A DNA stretch of 64,000 nucleotides, taken from Planctomycetota bacterium. GTDB lineage: Bacteria; Planctomycetota; UBA8108; SXIK01. A program made the position numbers and the translations under genes. The notes beneath the pieces are model-generated. The model saw only the letters and a list, made by a program, of their open reading frames with translations, had not been told where the DNA came from and ran no database searches. Shown here piece by piece: positions 1 to 10,037 of this stretch; position 1 is the stretch's first letter, and every line of letters begins with the position of its first letter. Where the stretch lies: assembly GCA_965223845.1 (NCBI GenBank), contig CBDCXR010000004.1, forward strand, positions 6,688,001 through 6,752,000, read 5' to 3'.

Positions 1-377
1 GCCTGCGGATCGCTTCTCGATGCCGCCCGAGATGCCTCGTTCTCCGGCTCTCAAGCATGTCTTGCGCAGACTCTTAGCCGCGCGTCTTTGCTCCCGTCCG
101 ACCCCGCATCGACGTCTCGTGCTCGAGTTGAACCACACACCCGAGGAGCTCCAGACCGGTGTAGTCGCCGCCGTAACTCGGAGTCGAGAAAAAAATACGC
201 GCTGCTGATCGTCGCCGCCGAATTCCCCGCACCACGACGCCTGCGCGTCCCGCTTCGCCGATCGAACTGCTCCCTTCTCGCGCTTGATCTTTCCCCGTTA
301 CGGCCCCCGAGAATCCGGGCTGGTCTGATCGGGGTAGCGAGGGCCTACCCCGCGGACACCAGCACGAAGGGAGCAGC

Positions 378-1367
378 ATGAAAGCGAACTTGACGGCACC
401 TGCTATCGGCGCGACTCCGTACTCGAGAGGACTCGACGGCATCCTCGAGCGCATGCGCGGAGGAGATGTGGACGGCGGCATGGGCGAGCTCTTTCGCTCG
501 CTCAAGTCGTGGCGCGCGAACGCCGCCGGAGACTGGGAAGACGTGATCGAGCGCCAGTGTCTCGCGCATCCGGTCGCCGACGCGATCTTTCAGGATCCGA
601 TGGCGTTTCATTCCTACACTCGGCCCCGGGGATATCCCGGCGACGCTGAGCTCCTCGACTACATCTACGGACTCAAGGCGAGCGAGGTCGCGACGAACGC
701 ATCGCCTCTCGGTCGCGCCGTGCACGAGTTTCTGTACGACGCGCCGGCGGCCCGAGCGGTGAGAGCGCGTCGCGAGGTGCTCGCGCGGCTCGTCGATGAA
801 ACCGCCGCACGGGTAAAGAACGCTCGTGTCCTGTCGATCGCCGCCGGACACCTTCGCGAAGCGGCTCTCTCGAGCGCCGTGCGTGAAGGAAGGCTCGGCG
901 AGTACGTCGCGCTCGACCAGGACGAGCGCAGTCTCGAGGAGATCGAGGCGAGCTACGGCTCTCTCGGCGTGCGAACGGTTCCGGGCTCCGTACGCGATCT
1001 CCTCGCTGGACGCGTCGAGTTCGCGGGCTTCGATCTCGTCTACGCGGCCGGGCTCTACGACTACCTCCAGCAGCGCACGGCGCGCCGGTTGACTCGCATC
1101 ATGTTCGACGCGCTTCGGCCGGGCGGGAGACTCCTCGTCGCCAATTTTTTGCCGGACATCGGCGACGTCGGCTTCATGGAGAGCTACATGAGCTGGCAGC
1201 TGATCTACCGGTCGCGCCCTGAGCTCCTCGACGTCGCCGAGGAGATCCCCATCGCGAGTCACGATCGGCTCCGGCTGTACACCGAGCGAAGTCGCTCGAT
1301 CCTCTTCCTCGATGTCGAGCGGAACGAAGAGAGGAGGGCGAACGATGCTTGCGAAGGAGATCTTTAA
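378..1367 (+). CDS. Class I SAM-dependent methyltransferase, PhcB-like (fatty acid methyl ester synthase family)
   Basis: 329 aa ORF with RBS-like AAGGGAG. Motifs RPRGYPGD, VLSIAAGHLRE (SAM motif I variant), FDLVYAAGLYDYL and LRPGGRLLVANF. The PhcB-like assignment is from remembered family motifs. Confidence 0.8.
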   Translation: MKANLTAPAIGATPYSRGLDGILERMRGGDVDGGMGELFRSLKSWRANAAGDWEDVIERQCLAHPVADAIFQDPMAFHSYTRPRGYPGDAELLDYIYGLKASEVATNASPLGRAVHEFLYDAPAARAVRARREVLARLVDETAARVKNARVLSIAAGHLREAALSSAVREGRLGEYVALDQDERSLEEIEASYGSLGVRTVPGSVRDLLAGRVEFAGFDLVYAAGLYDYLQQRTARRLTRIMFDALRPGGRLLVANFLPDIGDVGFMESYMSWQLIYRSRPELLDVAEEIPIASHDRLRLYTERSRSILFLDVERNEERRANDACEGDL

Positions 1368-2412
1368 TCTCGGCGGGCGCTCGACGCCGCGCGGGCTCGC
1401 GATCTTCGCCTTCGATGCGGCGCTCTACCTCGCCATCACTGCGGCCATCGTCCGGGTCGACTCGCTCTGGCTGAAGCTCGCGCTCGGCGTCGCCGGAGGC
1501 TTCGCGATCGGGTTTCTCTTCCTTCTCGGGCACGACGCCTGCCACCAGAGCCTCACGCCGCGGAAGCGGCTCAATCACGTCCTCGGTCGCCTTGCGTTTC
1601 TGCCGAGTCTCCATCCCTTCAGCCTTTGGGATCTCGGGCACAACCGCGTCCATCACCGCTTCACGAACCTGCGCGAGAAGGACTACGTCTGGGCGCCGCT
1701 CACGCTCGAAGAGTACGAGCGAGCGAGCCGCTGGCAACGTTTAGTCTATCGCTTCTACCGCACGCCGATCGGTTGTCTCTGCTACTTCCTCGTCGACATC
1801 TGGTGGCGGCGCATGTTCGCGTACGAACTGACGGTGAAGAGTCGCACGTGGACGTATCAACTCGATCGCGCCCTCGTCGCGGTGTTCATCGTCGCGCAAG
1901 TCGCGGGGATCTGGACCCTCGATCGCTGGTTCCATCCCGGTGCGGCGACCGGCGCGGGGCACACCGTGATCCTCTTCGGCAGCGCTCTCGTCCTTCCCTT
2001 CCTCGTCTGGAACGCCCTCGCGTCGTTTCTCATCTACCTCCACCACACGCATCCGACAGTGCGGTGGTACCGCGAAAAGAGCGACTGGGCGCGCGCGAGC
2101 GTGCAGCTCGAGAGCACGGTCCACACGGTGTTTCCCGGTCCGATCAATTGGCTCCTCCACCGGATCATGGAGCACACCGCCCACCATGTGAATCCGGCCA
2201 TTCCCTGCTACCACCTGAAAAAGGCGCAGGATTACATCGTCCGCCATCATCCCGACCAGGTCGTCGTCGAGCGGTGGTCGCTCCGGAAGTTCCTCGACTC
2301 CGTCCGACGCTGCAAGCTCTACGACTTCGATCGCGGCGTGTGGACGGACTACGAGGGGCGAGTGACGTCGGTATCCGCGGCGGCACCGGCCGAGACCGCA
2401 GCGAGTGCTTGA
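1345..2412 (+). CDS. Membrane fatty acid desaturase (DesA/omega-6-like)
   Basis: Three His boxes HDACH, HNRVHH and HTAHH plus TM segments. ATG at 1345 follows GAGGAGG and overlaps the upstream gene end. Confidence 0.9.
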   Translation: MLAKEIFNLGGRSTPRGLAIFAFDAALYLAITAAIVRVDSLWLKLALGVAGGFAIGFLFLLGHDACHQSLTPRKRLNHVLGRLAFLPSLHPFSLWDLGHNRVHHRFTNLREKDYVWAPLTLEEYERASRWQRLVYRFYRTPIGCLCYFLVDIWWRRMFAYELTVKSRTWTYQLDRALVAVFIVAQVAGIWTLDRWFHPGAATGAGHTVILFGSALVLPFLVWNALASFLIYLHHTHPTVRWYREKSDWARASVQLESTVHTVFPGPINWLLHRIMEHTAHHVNPAIPCYHLKKAQDYIVRHHPDQVVVERWSLRKFLDSVRRCKLYDFDRGVWTDYEGRVTSVSAAAPAETAASA

Positions 2413-2414
2413 TC

Positions 2415-5400
2415 ATGGTCTACCCGACGCTGAACGGATCCTCCGCGCGGTTGATCGCACCGCGCGACCTAGACGAGTACCTCGAGCTCTACCGGGCGAT
2501 GGTGATGGCGCGCGCGCTCGACGAAGTGGAACGCGCGCTCGTCGAACGCGGCGAGGCGCACTTCCACGTGAGCGGCGCTGGACACGAGGGCATCGCCGTC
2601 GCGAACCGTCACCTCGAACCGGAGGATTGGCTGCATCCCCACTACCGTGACAAGGCGCTTCTGCTCGCGCGGGGCGTTCCAGTCGTCCGGTTTCTCGACG
2701 CGCTCGTCTCGAACGCGCGATCGCATTCCCGGGGACGCCAGATGAGCGCTCACATGAGCGCGCCCGAGCTCCGCGTCCTGAGCACGGTCGGTCCGGTCGG
2801 AAACAACGCGCTGCAAGCGGTCGGAGTCGCCGCCGAGGTCGCGCGCGGGCCCGGGTCGCCGATCGTTTTCTGCAGCCTCGGCGACGGAACGACGCAAGAA
2901 GGCGAGGTTCTCGAGGCTGTCGCCGAGGCGGCGCGCTCGGAGCTCCCCGTTCTCTTCGTCGTCGAGGAGAATCGCTACGCGATTTCGACCGAAACCGCGG
3001 GCCGGACGTTCTACGATCTGCCGCGCGGACCCGCGTCGGAGCTCTTCGGCGTGCCGATTCTTCGCGTCGACGGCGCCGACGTCTCGGCGGCGGACCGCGT
3101 CCTCGGAGCCGCCATCGGTCGCATGCGCAGCCAGCGCTCGCCGGCGATCGTGATCTTCGAGGTCGAGCGACTCTGTAGCCACACGAATGCCGACGATGAG
3201 CGCGTCTACCGCTCGGAGAAGGAGCGGCTCGAGGCGAGGGAGTCGCGCGATCCGATTCCGGTTCTCGAGGAGCAGCTTCGGCGCTCGGGCGTCACGGAAG
3301 ACGCGCTCGGGCGCTTGCGCGACGAGGTCACAGAGTCGCTCAGCGAGGCGACGGCGTCCGCGCTCGCGGTGGGGGATCCCGAGCCCGCGCTCGACGCTCG
3401 TCCCGCCGCCTTGGCGTCGATGGGTCACGAGTACCGAGGGCGAGAGAGCGGTGAGCAACGGACGATGCTCGAAGCGATGCGTTCCGTGCTCGAAGCCTGG
3501 CTCGAGTGCGATCCTCGCGTGTCGATCTTCGGAGAGGACATCGAAGATCCGAAGGGAGATGTCTTCGGACTGACGCGCGGGCTCAGCACGCGATTCGGCG
3601 ATCGCGTCCGCAATTCGCCCCTCAGCGAATCGACGATTGTCGGGGTCGCCATCGGACGCGCCCTCGCCGGCGGACGACCTGTCGCGTGCATTCAATTCGC
3701 GGACTTCCTTCCCCTCGCGTGGAACCAGATCGCCGCCGAGCTCGGCACCATGGCGTGGCGAACGGACGGCGGCTGGGAAAGTCCGGTGCTCGTCCTCGCG
3801 CCCTGCGGCGGCTACCGGCCCGGGCTCGGACCGTTTCATGCGCAGACCTTCGAGTCGAGCCTCGCGCACGTTCCGGGCATCGACGTCGTCGTTCCGTCGA
3901 CCGCCGGCGACGCGGCGGGACTCCTGAACGCCGTGCTCGCGTCGAAGCGACCCACGGTGTTCCTCTACCCGAAGATCTGCCTCAACGATCCGTCGCGTTC
4001 GACGTCGAATGACATCGGCGCGCATTTCGTTCCGGTCGGCGTCGCTCGCCGCCTGCGTTCGGGCGACGATCTCACGCTCGTCAGTTGGGGGAGTACGATC
4101 CCTCTTTGTGAGCGGGCCGCACAGACGCTCTCGGAGGCCGGCGCGCGAGTCGATCTCTTCGATCTCCGCTCGATCGCGCCCTGGGACCGCGATGCCGTGC
4201 TCGAGTCGGCGCGGCGGACGCGCCGGCTTCTCGTCGTTCACGAGGACAACGCGACGTGCGGATTCGGCGCGGAGATCGTCGCGACCATCGCGGAGGCTTG
4301 CCCCGCGGTCGAATGCCGTCGGGTGACTCGTCCCGATACTTACGTTCCGTGCAACTTCACGAACCAGATCACGGTCCTTCCGTCGTACCGCTCGATCGTC
4401 TCGGCAGCGGCGGAGCTGGTCGATTTCGAGCTCGAGTGGCGGGATCGCGAGGTCGACGCGAGCGACGAGGTGATCGTTCCGGCGCATGGATCGAGTCCGG
4501 CGGATCAGTCGGTGAGCGTCGTCGAGTGGCTAGCCGCGCCCGGCGACGAAGTCGAAGCGGGAGCGACGATCGCCGAGGCCGAGGCGGACAAGGCGGTCTT
4601 CGAGATCAAAGCCCCGCGTCCCGGAACGATCCGGCGGCTCTGCGTCGGGCCGGGCGAGACGGTGCGCGTCGGAGAACCTCTCTACGCCCTCGAGGCCGTC
4701 GGCCGCGAGCTCGCCGGTCGACGGGCCGGGCGGGCGAGGGCGCGTCGTGAGCGGCGCGGGAACGAATCCCCGCACCTACGCCGACGTCCGCGTCGGGGCG
4801 ATGCGCCGCGACCCGGGACTCTCGCTGAACCGGCAGCGGAGCGGACCGGCGTCGTTCGGCTGGCGCCTCCGTGCTGCGCGCTCGGTTCCCGCATCGTGAC
4901 GAACGAAGAGATCGCGGCTCGGTTTCCCGATCGGAGCGCCGAGGACATCCGAACTCGAACCGGTATCGAGCGCAGGCGGCGCGTGAACGCTGACGAAGAC
5001 GCGTTCGCGCTCGCCGTCCGCGCGAGCTCTGCTGCGCTCGAGCGCGCCGGGCTCGCCGCGTCCGATCTCGATCTAGTCGTCTGCAGCACGACGACTCCGC
5101 CGCTCGCGAGCCCGACGCTCGCGTGTCGAGTGCTCGATGCGCTGTCGGAGTCGGGTCGCGCCTACGCGGAGGCGTACGACCTCAACGCCGCCTGTTCGGG
5201 GTATCTCTACGCGCTCGCGAGCGCATACGACTTTCTCTCTGCGCGTCGCGCGGGGATCGCGCTCGTTCTCACGGCCGAGGTACTCTCACCGGTCCTCGAC
5301 GAGGCAGATTTTGCTACGAGCATCCTCTTCGGCGACGCAGCATCGGCGACGATCCTTCGCGCGGGTCTCGAAGCGGGCGATGCGCGCAGCGCGGTCGGCT

Positions 5401-5843
5401 GGACCGTGAGCGGACGGCCGTTCGTGACGGCGCGCGGCGAACGTGGGTCGCTCCTCCGTGTTCCGCACGCTGGGGCCGGCTTCGCGAGCATGCAGGGTCG
5501 ACGCGTCTTCGGCGAGGCGGTGCGCGCGATGAGCGATGCCCTTCACCGGGCCGCGAGCGCTGCGGGCAGCTCGGTCGGTGATCTCGACTGGATCGTGCCG
5601 CACCAGGCGAACTCTCGGATCATCGAGGCGGTGACGCATCGCCTCGGGGGCGATCCGGTACGCGTCGTCGACTGGATCCGCGACTGGGGGAACACCTCTT
5701 CGACGAGTATCCCCCTCTGCCTCGAGAGGCTCGCGCTCGAGCTCGGCGGCGGCGAGAGACTGGGGCTCTGCGCCTTTGGTGGCGGGCGGACCGCGGGGGC
5801 GGCGGTGCTCGAAACGAGACGGACTGGCCCTCCGGGTGCGTGA
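2415..5843 (+). CDS. Fusion protein: 2-oxoacid dehydrogenase E1alpha + E1beta + lipoyl domain + FabH-like ketoacyl synthase III
   Basis: ThDP motif GDGTTQEG...EEN; E1beta motifs GEDI..PKGDVFG, NSPLSE and GPFHAQT; lipoyl Lys in EADKAVFE; KAS III triad AACSG / PHQAN / GNTSS. Start ATG 2415 is 2 nt after the desaturase stop. Confidence 0.9.
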   Translation: MVYPTLNGSSARLIAPRDLDEYLELYRAMVMARALDEVERALVERGEAHFHVSGAGHEGIAVANRHLEPEDWLHPHYRDKALLLARGVPVVRFLDALVSNARSHSRGRQMSAHMSAPELRVLSTVGPVGNNALQAVGVAAEVARGPGSPIVFCSLGDGTTQEGEVLEAVAEAARSELPVLFVVEENRYAISTETAGRTFYDLPRGPASELFGVPILRVDGADVSAADRVLGAAIGRMRSQRSPAIVIFEVERLCSHTNADDERVYRSEKERLEARESRDPIPVLEEQLRRSGVTEDALGRLRDEVTESLSEATASALAVGDPEPALDARPAALASMGHEYRGRESGEQRTMLEAMRSVLEAWLECDPRVSIFGEDIEDPKGDVFGLTRGLSTRFGDRVRNSPLSESTIVGVAIGRALAGGRPVACIQFADFLPLAWNQIAAELGTMAWRTDGGWESPVLVLAPCGGYRPGLGPFHAQTFESSLAHVPGIDVVVPSTAGDAAGLLNAVLASKRPTVFLYPKICLNDPSRSTSNDIGAHFVPVGVARRLRSGDDLTLVSWGSTIPLCERAAQTLSEAGARVDLFDLRSIAPWDRDAVLESARRTRRLLVVHEDNATCGFGAEIVATIAEACPAVECRRVTRPDTYVPCNFTNQITVLPSYRSIVSAAAELVDFELEWRDREVDASDEVIVPAHGSSPADQSVSVVEWLAAPGDEVEAGATIAEAEADKAVFEIKAPRPGTIRRLCVGPGETVRVGEPLYALEAVGRELAGRRAGRARARRERRGNESPHLRRRPRRGDAPRPGTLAEPAAERTGVVRLAPPCCALGSRIVTNEEIAARFPDRSAEDIRTRTGIERRRRVNADEDAFALAVRASSAALERAGLAASDLDLVVCSTTTPPLASPTLACRVLDALSESGRAYAEAYDLNAACSGYLYALASAYDFLSARRAGIALVLTAEVLSPVLDEADFATSILFGDAASATILRAGLEAGDARSAVGWTVSGRPFVTARGERGSLLRVPHAGAGFASMQGRRVFGEAVRAMSDALHRAASAAGSSVGDLDWIVPHQANSRIIEAVTHRLGGDPVRVVDWIRDWGNTSSTSIPLCLERLALELGGGERLGLCAFGGGRTAGAAVLETRRTGPPGA

Positions 5844-6013
5844 TGCGAGCGCGCTTCGCGCGGAGGTCTGCGGGGGCGTCGCGATCGCGATTGACTTCCG
5901 TTCGGGCGAGGAAATAATCGCATCCTTCGTGCCGGGGCCGCCGCGACGGATCGGGGTCCGATCCGCGGGCCGCCGGCATCGCTCGCCCCCGCTCTCTCCC
6001 GAGGCCACCCGCG

Positions 6014-7660
6014 ATGAGTCAGGAACCGTCTTCGGACCTCATGAAGGAGGTCGTCTCCCTCTGTAAGCAGCGGGGCTTCGTGTTTCAGTCGTCGGAGATC
6101 TACGGCGGGCTGAAGAGCTGCTACGACTACGGGCCGCTCGGCGTCGAACTGAAGCGGAACATCATGAACGAGTGGTGGCGCACGATGGTCCACGAGCGCG
6201 AGGACATCGTCGGCCTCGACGCGTCGATCATCATGCACCCGCGCGTCTGGGAGGCGTCGGGGCACCTCGCCGGCTTCTCCGACCCTCTCGTCGATTGTCT
6301 GATCAGCAAGGAGCGCTTTCGCGCCGACCACGCACCGCGCCCGAGCGTCGGCGACGAGCTGCCGCTCGCATGCGCGGACAAGGGACAAGCGAAAGCCTAC
6401 GGCGAGGCGATCGAAAAGCGCTTCGGCGTCGCGCTCAAGCGCGCAGGAAAAACCCTCCACGGACTGAAGGTCGTCGACGACAACACGATCGGATTCTTCC
6501 CCGATGGCGACGGCGAGTCGACGTCGACGTTTCCATTCCCGGGCTACGTCAGTCCCGAGCTCGGATCCCCGTTTCTCAGCGACGAGCGACAGTTCAATCT
6601 GATGTTTCGCTCGAGTCTCGGGTCGGTCGATCCGTTCGAAGAAACGGCGAAGGCACTCGAGGGGAAGAGCCTGAGCGCGGCCGAGATTCGTGCAGTTCTC
6701 GACGAGAAGATGAAGGAGAGCGCCGTCTATCTCCGTCCCGAGACGGCGCAGGCGATGTTCGTTCAGTTCGCGAACATCCAGAAGGCGCTCTCGCTCAAGG
6801 TGCCGTTCGGCATCGCGCAGATGGGAAAGTCGTTCCGGAACGAGGTCACGGTCGAGCACTTTATCTTCCGCTCCTGCGAGTTCGAGCAGATGGAGATGGA
6901 GTACTTCGTCGAGCCCGGGAAGCAGGCCGAGGCGCTCGAGTACTGGAAGAACGAGCGACTCGCCTGGTACCAGCGCTACGCGAACGATCCGAGCAAGTTC
7001 CGTCTGCGAAAGCACGATCCCGACGAGCTCGCGCATTACGCCGACGACTGCTACGACGTCGAGTACGAGTATCCGTGGGGTTGGGGCGAGCTCGAGGGAA
7101 TCGCGAGCCGGACGGACTACGACCTGAAGAAGCACTCGCAGCACTCGGGCGCTTCGCTCACGTACTTCGATCAGGAGGCGACCGACCCCGAGTCGGGGAA
7201 GAAGGGCTGGCGCTACACGCCCTACGTCATCGAGCCGGCCGCCGGCGCGACGCGGACGACTCTTCTTTACCTCCTCGACGCGTTTGCATACGACTCGCCG
7301 CGCCCGGACGCGAGCGGAAAGACGAAGACGCGGCGTGTTCTCAAGCTCCACCCGCGGTTCTCGCCGTACAAGGCAGCGGTCTTGCCGCTCGTCAAGAAGG
7401 ACGGGATGCCCGAGCTCGCGCGCGAGATCGTGCAGCAGTTCTTCGCGAGCGGCGTCAACGCGAAGTACGACGAGCAACACGCGATCGGGAAGCGCTACGC
7501 GCGGCACGATGAGGTCGGAACACCGTACTGTCTCACCATCGACGGCGATTCGCTGAAGGATGGCACCGTGACGATCCGCGAGCGCGACTCGACCGATCAA
7601 GATCGCATCAAGATCGAGGAGGCGCTCGCCATCGTCGAGAAACGGCTGGAGACCGCCTGA
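6014..7660 (+). CDS. glyQS: Glycine--tRNA ligase (alpha2 type)
   Basis: YDYGPLG, YLRPETAQ, GKSFRNE, EFEQME, ELEGIASR and anticodon-binding domain IGKRYARHDEVGTP. Confidence 0.97.
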   Translation: MSQEPSSDLMKEVVSLCKQRGFVFQSSEIYGGLKSCYDYGPLGVELKRNIMNEWWRTMVHEREDIVGLDASIIMHPRVWEASGHLAGFSDPLVDCLISKERFRADHAPRPSVGDELPLACADKGQAKAYGEAIEKRFGVALKRAGKTLHGLKVVDDNTIGFFPDGDGESTSTFPFPGYVSPELGSPFLSDERQFNLMFRSSLGSVDPFEETAKALEGKSLSAAEIRAVLDEKMKESAVYLRPETAQAMFVQFANIQKALSLKVPFGIAQMGKSFRNEVTVEHFIFRSCEFEQMEMEYFVEPGKQAEALEYWKNERLAWYQRYANDPSKFRLRKHDPDELAHYADDCYDVEYEYPWGWGELEGIASRTDYDLKKHSQHSGASLTYFDQEATDPESGKKGWRYTPYVIEPAAGATRTTLLYLLDAFAYDSPRPDASGKTKTRRVLKLHPRFSPYKAAVLPLVKKDGMPELAREIVQQFFASGVNAKYDEQHAIGKRYARHDEVGTPYCLTIDGDSLKDGTVTIRERDSTDQDRIKIEEALAIVEKRLETA

Positions 7661-7819
7661 GGCGCGTGCTATATCCTAAGCTTGCCATGAAACGGCGAGC
7701 AAAACGGCGCAGAGAGGAAAGCGTCGTTTGCCGCCCGGCAGTGGCAACGTCGGGGTTTTGAGGAAGCGATGGTTCGGCGACGGTCTCGCCGAATGACGCG
7801 CGCGTCCGGAGGTTCGTGC

Positions 7820-8938
7820 ATGGCGGTGACCGACGCCGAATTCCGCCCTCAGATCGATTCCTACAGCGGCCCGCTCGACCTGCTGCTGTTCCTCGTGAAG
7901 AAGGACGAGGTCGACGTCTTCGACATTCCGATCGCCCGCGTGATCGAGCAGTACCGTGGATTCCTCACGCTGCTGCAGGAAATCGATCCCAACGCCTGCG
8001 GTGAATTTCTCGTTCTCCTCGCGCAGCTCATCGAAATCAAGTCGAAGCTGCTTCTTCCCCGGGAGATCGTCGAGGGCGAGGACGAGGAGTACGAAGACCC
8101 CCGGCTCGAGCTCGTCCAGCAGCTCCTCGAGTTCAAGAAGTACAAAGAGCGCGCGCTGCTTCTCGAGTCGCGCTACGAGGAGTTCAGCCGGCGCTACCGG
8201 CGTCCCGCGGTGGCGCTTCCCGAGTTCGATGAGACCGCGACCGGACCCGTGTTCGTCGGGAAGGTCACGGTGTGGGATCTCCTCACGGTCTTTCAGCGCA
8301 TCCAGCTTTCGCTCGGGGAGCGCGGACCCCACCGCGTCGTCCTCCACGAGCGCTCGATCGAAGAATACACCGCCGACGTCGAGCTCGTTCTCTGCGAAGC
8401 GCCGAGCGGACGACTCCTTTTCTCCGCTCTCTTCGCGAACGTCACCTCGCGCGACGATGCGATCGGTCTTCTCCTCGCCGTGCTCGAGATGGCGAAGACC
8501 TACCGCGTCGCCATCGAGAGAGACGACGGCGCGGTAGTCGAGGAAGGGGACGAGCCGATCTACCTCCGGCTGCGGAGCCCGGAGGAAACCGAAGCGATCA
8601 TGGAGCAGCACCGCGCGGACGAAGCCGAAAACGCCGATCCCGCCGAGACGGCGCTCCTGCGCGGGGAGGGGGACGAGGCGCGGAAGGAACCGATCCGCTC
8701 GACCGAGGAGCGCGAGATCGACGACACCGTGCCGGATGGCGTCAACGAGAGCGATGACGCCGAGGTGCCGCCGGGCGCCAACCGCATCGATCGGTCTCTC
8801 CGCGGACCGAGTGCGAGCGAGCTCGCCGAGGAGCTCGAAGGAACGAAACGCCAAGCGGAAGACCGACACGGCGAAGCGCCCGATCCGGGTGGCGTGGAGC
8901 CCGACCCGGACGGGACGGAGCCCGAGCCGCGCTCGTGA
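7820..8938 (+). CDS. scpA: Segregation and condensation protein A (kleisin) with acidic C-terminal extension
   Basis: YSGPLDLLLFLV, IKSKLLLP, EDPRLELVQQLLEFKKYK and C-terminal LLAVLEM. Confidence 0.9.
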   Translation: MAVTDAEFRPQIDSYSGPLDLLLFLVKKDEVDVFDIPIARVIEQYRGFLTLLQEIDPNACGEFLVLLAQLIEIKSKLLLPREIVEGEDEEYEDPRLELVQQLLEFKKYKERALLLESRYEEFSRRYRRPAVALPEFDETATGPVFVGKVTVWDLLTVFQRIQLSLGERGPHRVVLHERSIEEYTADVELVLCEAPSGRLLFSALFANVTSRDDAIGLLLAVLEMAKTYRVAIERDDGAVVEEGDEPIYLRLRSPEETEAIMEQHRADEAENADPAETALLRGEGDEARKEPIRSTEEREIDDTVPDGVNESDDAEVPPGANRIDRSLRGPSASELAEELEGTKRQAEDRHGEAPDPGGVEPDPDGTEPEPRS

Positions 8939-9933
8939 AGCTCGTCTTCTTCGGATCGGGCGAGTTCGCAAAGCCCGTGCTCGAGCGTCTCGCCTCGCTT
9001 CGCGATGCGCATCCTCTGCTTCTCGTCGTCACGCGTCCGGCGCGTCCCGCCGGCCGAGGAAATCGTCTCCGCGAGACTCCGGTCGCCGAGCTCTGCCCGA
9101 AACTCGGCCTCGAATGCGTCGCGCCGGAGACGACGAAGGCGCCGGAATTCCTCGCGCGCATGGAGAAGCTCGACGCCGATCTCTACGTCGTCGCGGACTT
9201 CGGGGAGATTCTTCGCCCCGATCTCCTCGCGCTGCCGGCGATCGGAGTCTACAACCTTCACGGTTCGATCCTTCCGCGCTACCGCGGGGCGGCACCCGTC
9301 GCGCACGCGCTTCTCGCGGGGGAAGAGGAGACGGGAGTGACGCTCTTTCGGATCGAGCGCGGGCTCGATTCGGGGCCCGTTGTCGACACCGCGCGCCTTC
9401 CGATCGAACCGGAGGAGAACGCCGCCGAGCTCGAAGCTCGGCTCGCGCACCTCGCGGCGGATCTCATCGAGCGGAGCCTGCCGCGATTCGCCGGCGGTGA
9501 CGTCGAGGAAACTCCGCAGCGACACTCGGACGCGACCTTCGCACCGAAGCTCGAGAAGCGCGACGCCGAGATCGACTGGCGCCGGAGTGGGGTGGAGGTC
9601 TTGCGTCACGTGCGCGCGTACAACCCGGAGCCCGGCGCGTTCACCTTCCTCGAGCGCGAGGGTCGTTCTCGAGAGCGCACGGTCGTCCGCCGGGCGGGGA
9701 AGGCGCCGATCGAGGCGGTGCCTGCCGAAGCGACCGGCTCGCATTCGGGACCCGGCGCGATTCGCGCGACGAAGCGGCGACTCTTCGTCCTCTGCGGCGA
9801 GGAGGCGATCGAGATTCTCGAGCTCCAGCGTCCCGGAAAGGGTGCTGTCTCGGCGTCGGCCTACCTTCAGGGGCAGCGACTGGACGGTGCAGAGCGATTC
9901 GGAGTTTCGCCCGAGCGCGAAGGTTCGAGTTGA
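8935..9933 (+). CDS. fmt: Methionyl-tRNA formyltransferase
   Basis: MKLVFFGSGEFA, NLHGSILPRYRGAAP, LDSGP and APKLEK. Confidence 0.96.
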   Translation: MKLVFFGSGEFAKPVLERLASLRDAHPLLLVVTRPARPAGRGNRLRETPVAELCPKLGLECVAPETTKAPEFLARMEKLDADLYVVADFGEILRPDLLALPAIGVYNLHGSILPRYRGAAPVAHALLAGEEETGVTLFRIERGLDSGPVVDTARLPIEPEENAAELEARLAHLAADLIERSLPRFAGGDVEETPQRHSDATFAPKLEKRDAEIDWRRSGVEVLRHVRAYNPEPGAFTFLEREGRSRERTVVRRAGKAPIEAVPAEATGSHSGPGAIRATKRRLFVLCGEEAIEILELQRPGKGAVSASAYLQGQRLDGAERFGVSPEREGSS

Positions 9934-10037
9934 CAGTCGCGGTCCTCGCGACTGGGATGCGCGTCCCGAACTCAGAGGTCGACGAGAGAAAACCCCAAAC
10001 CCTTCGTGGTAAAACTCCTCAAGGCTCAAGCTAAGCG

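Noticed and set aside
1626-2414. N-terminal 263 aa of the 1405-aa ORF
   Set aside because: Off-frame overlap with the desaturase and Arg/Pro-rich nonsense; the real start is ATG 2415.
5543-7600. 685-aa minus-strand ORF and similar long shadows (2469-4487, 22854-24800, 38896-40359, 51215-53494)
   Set aside because: Antisense to well-supported genes; typical of high-GC DNA.
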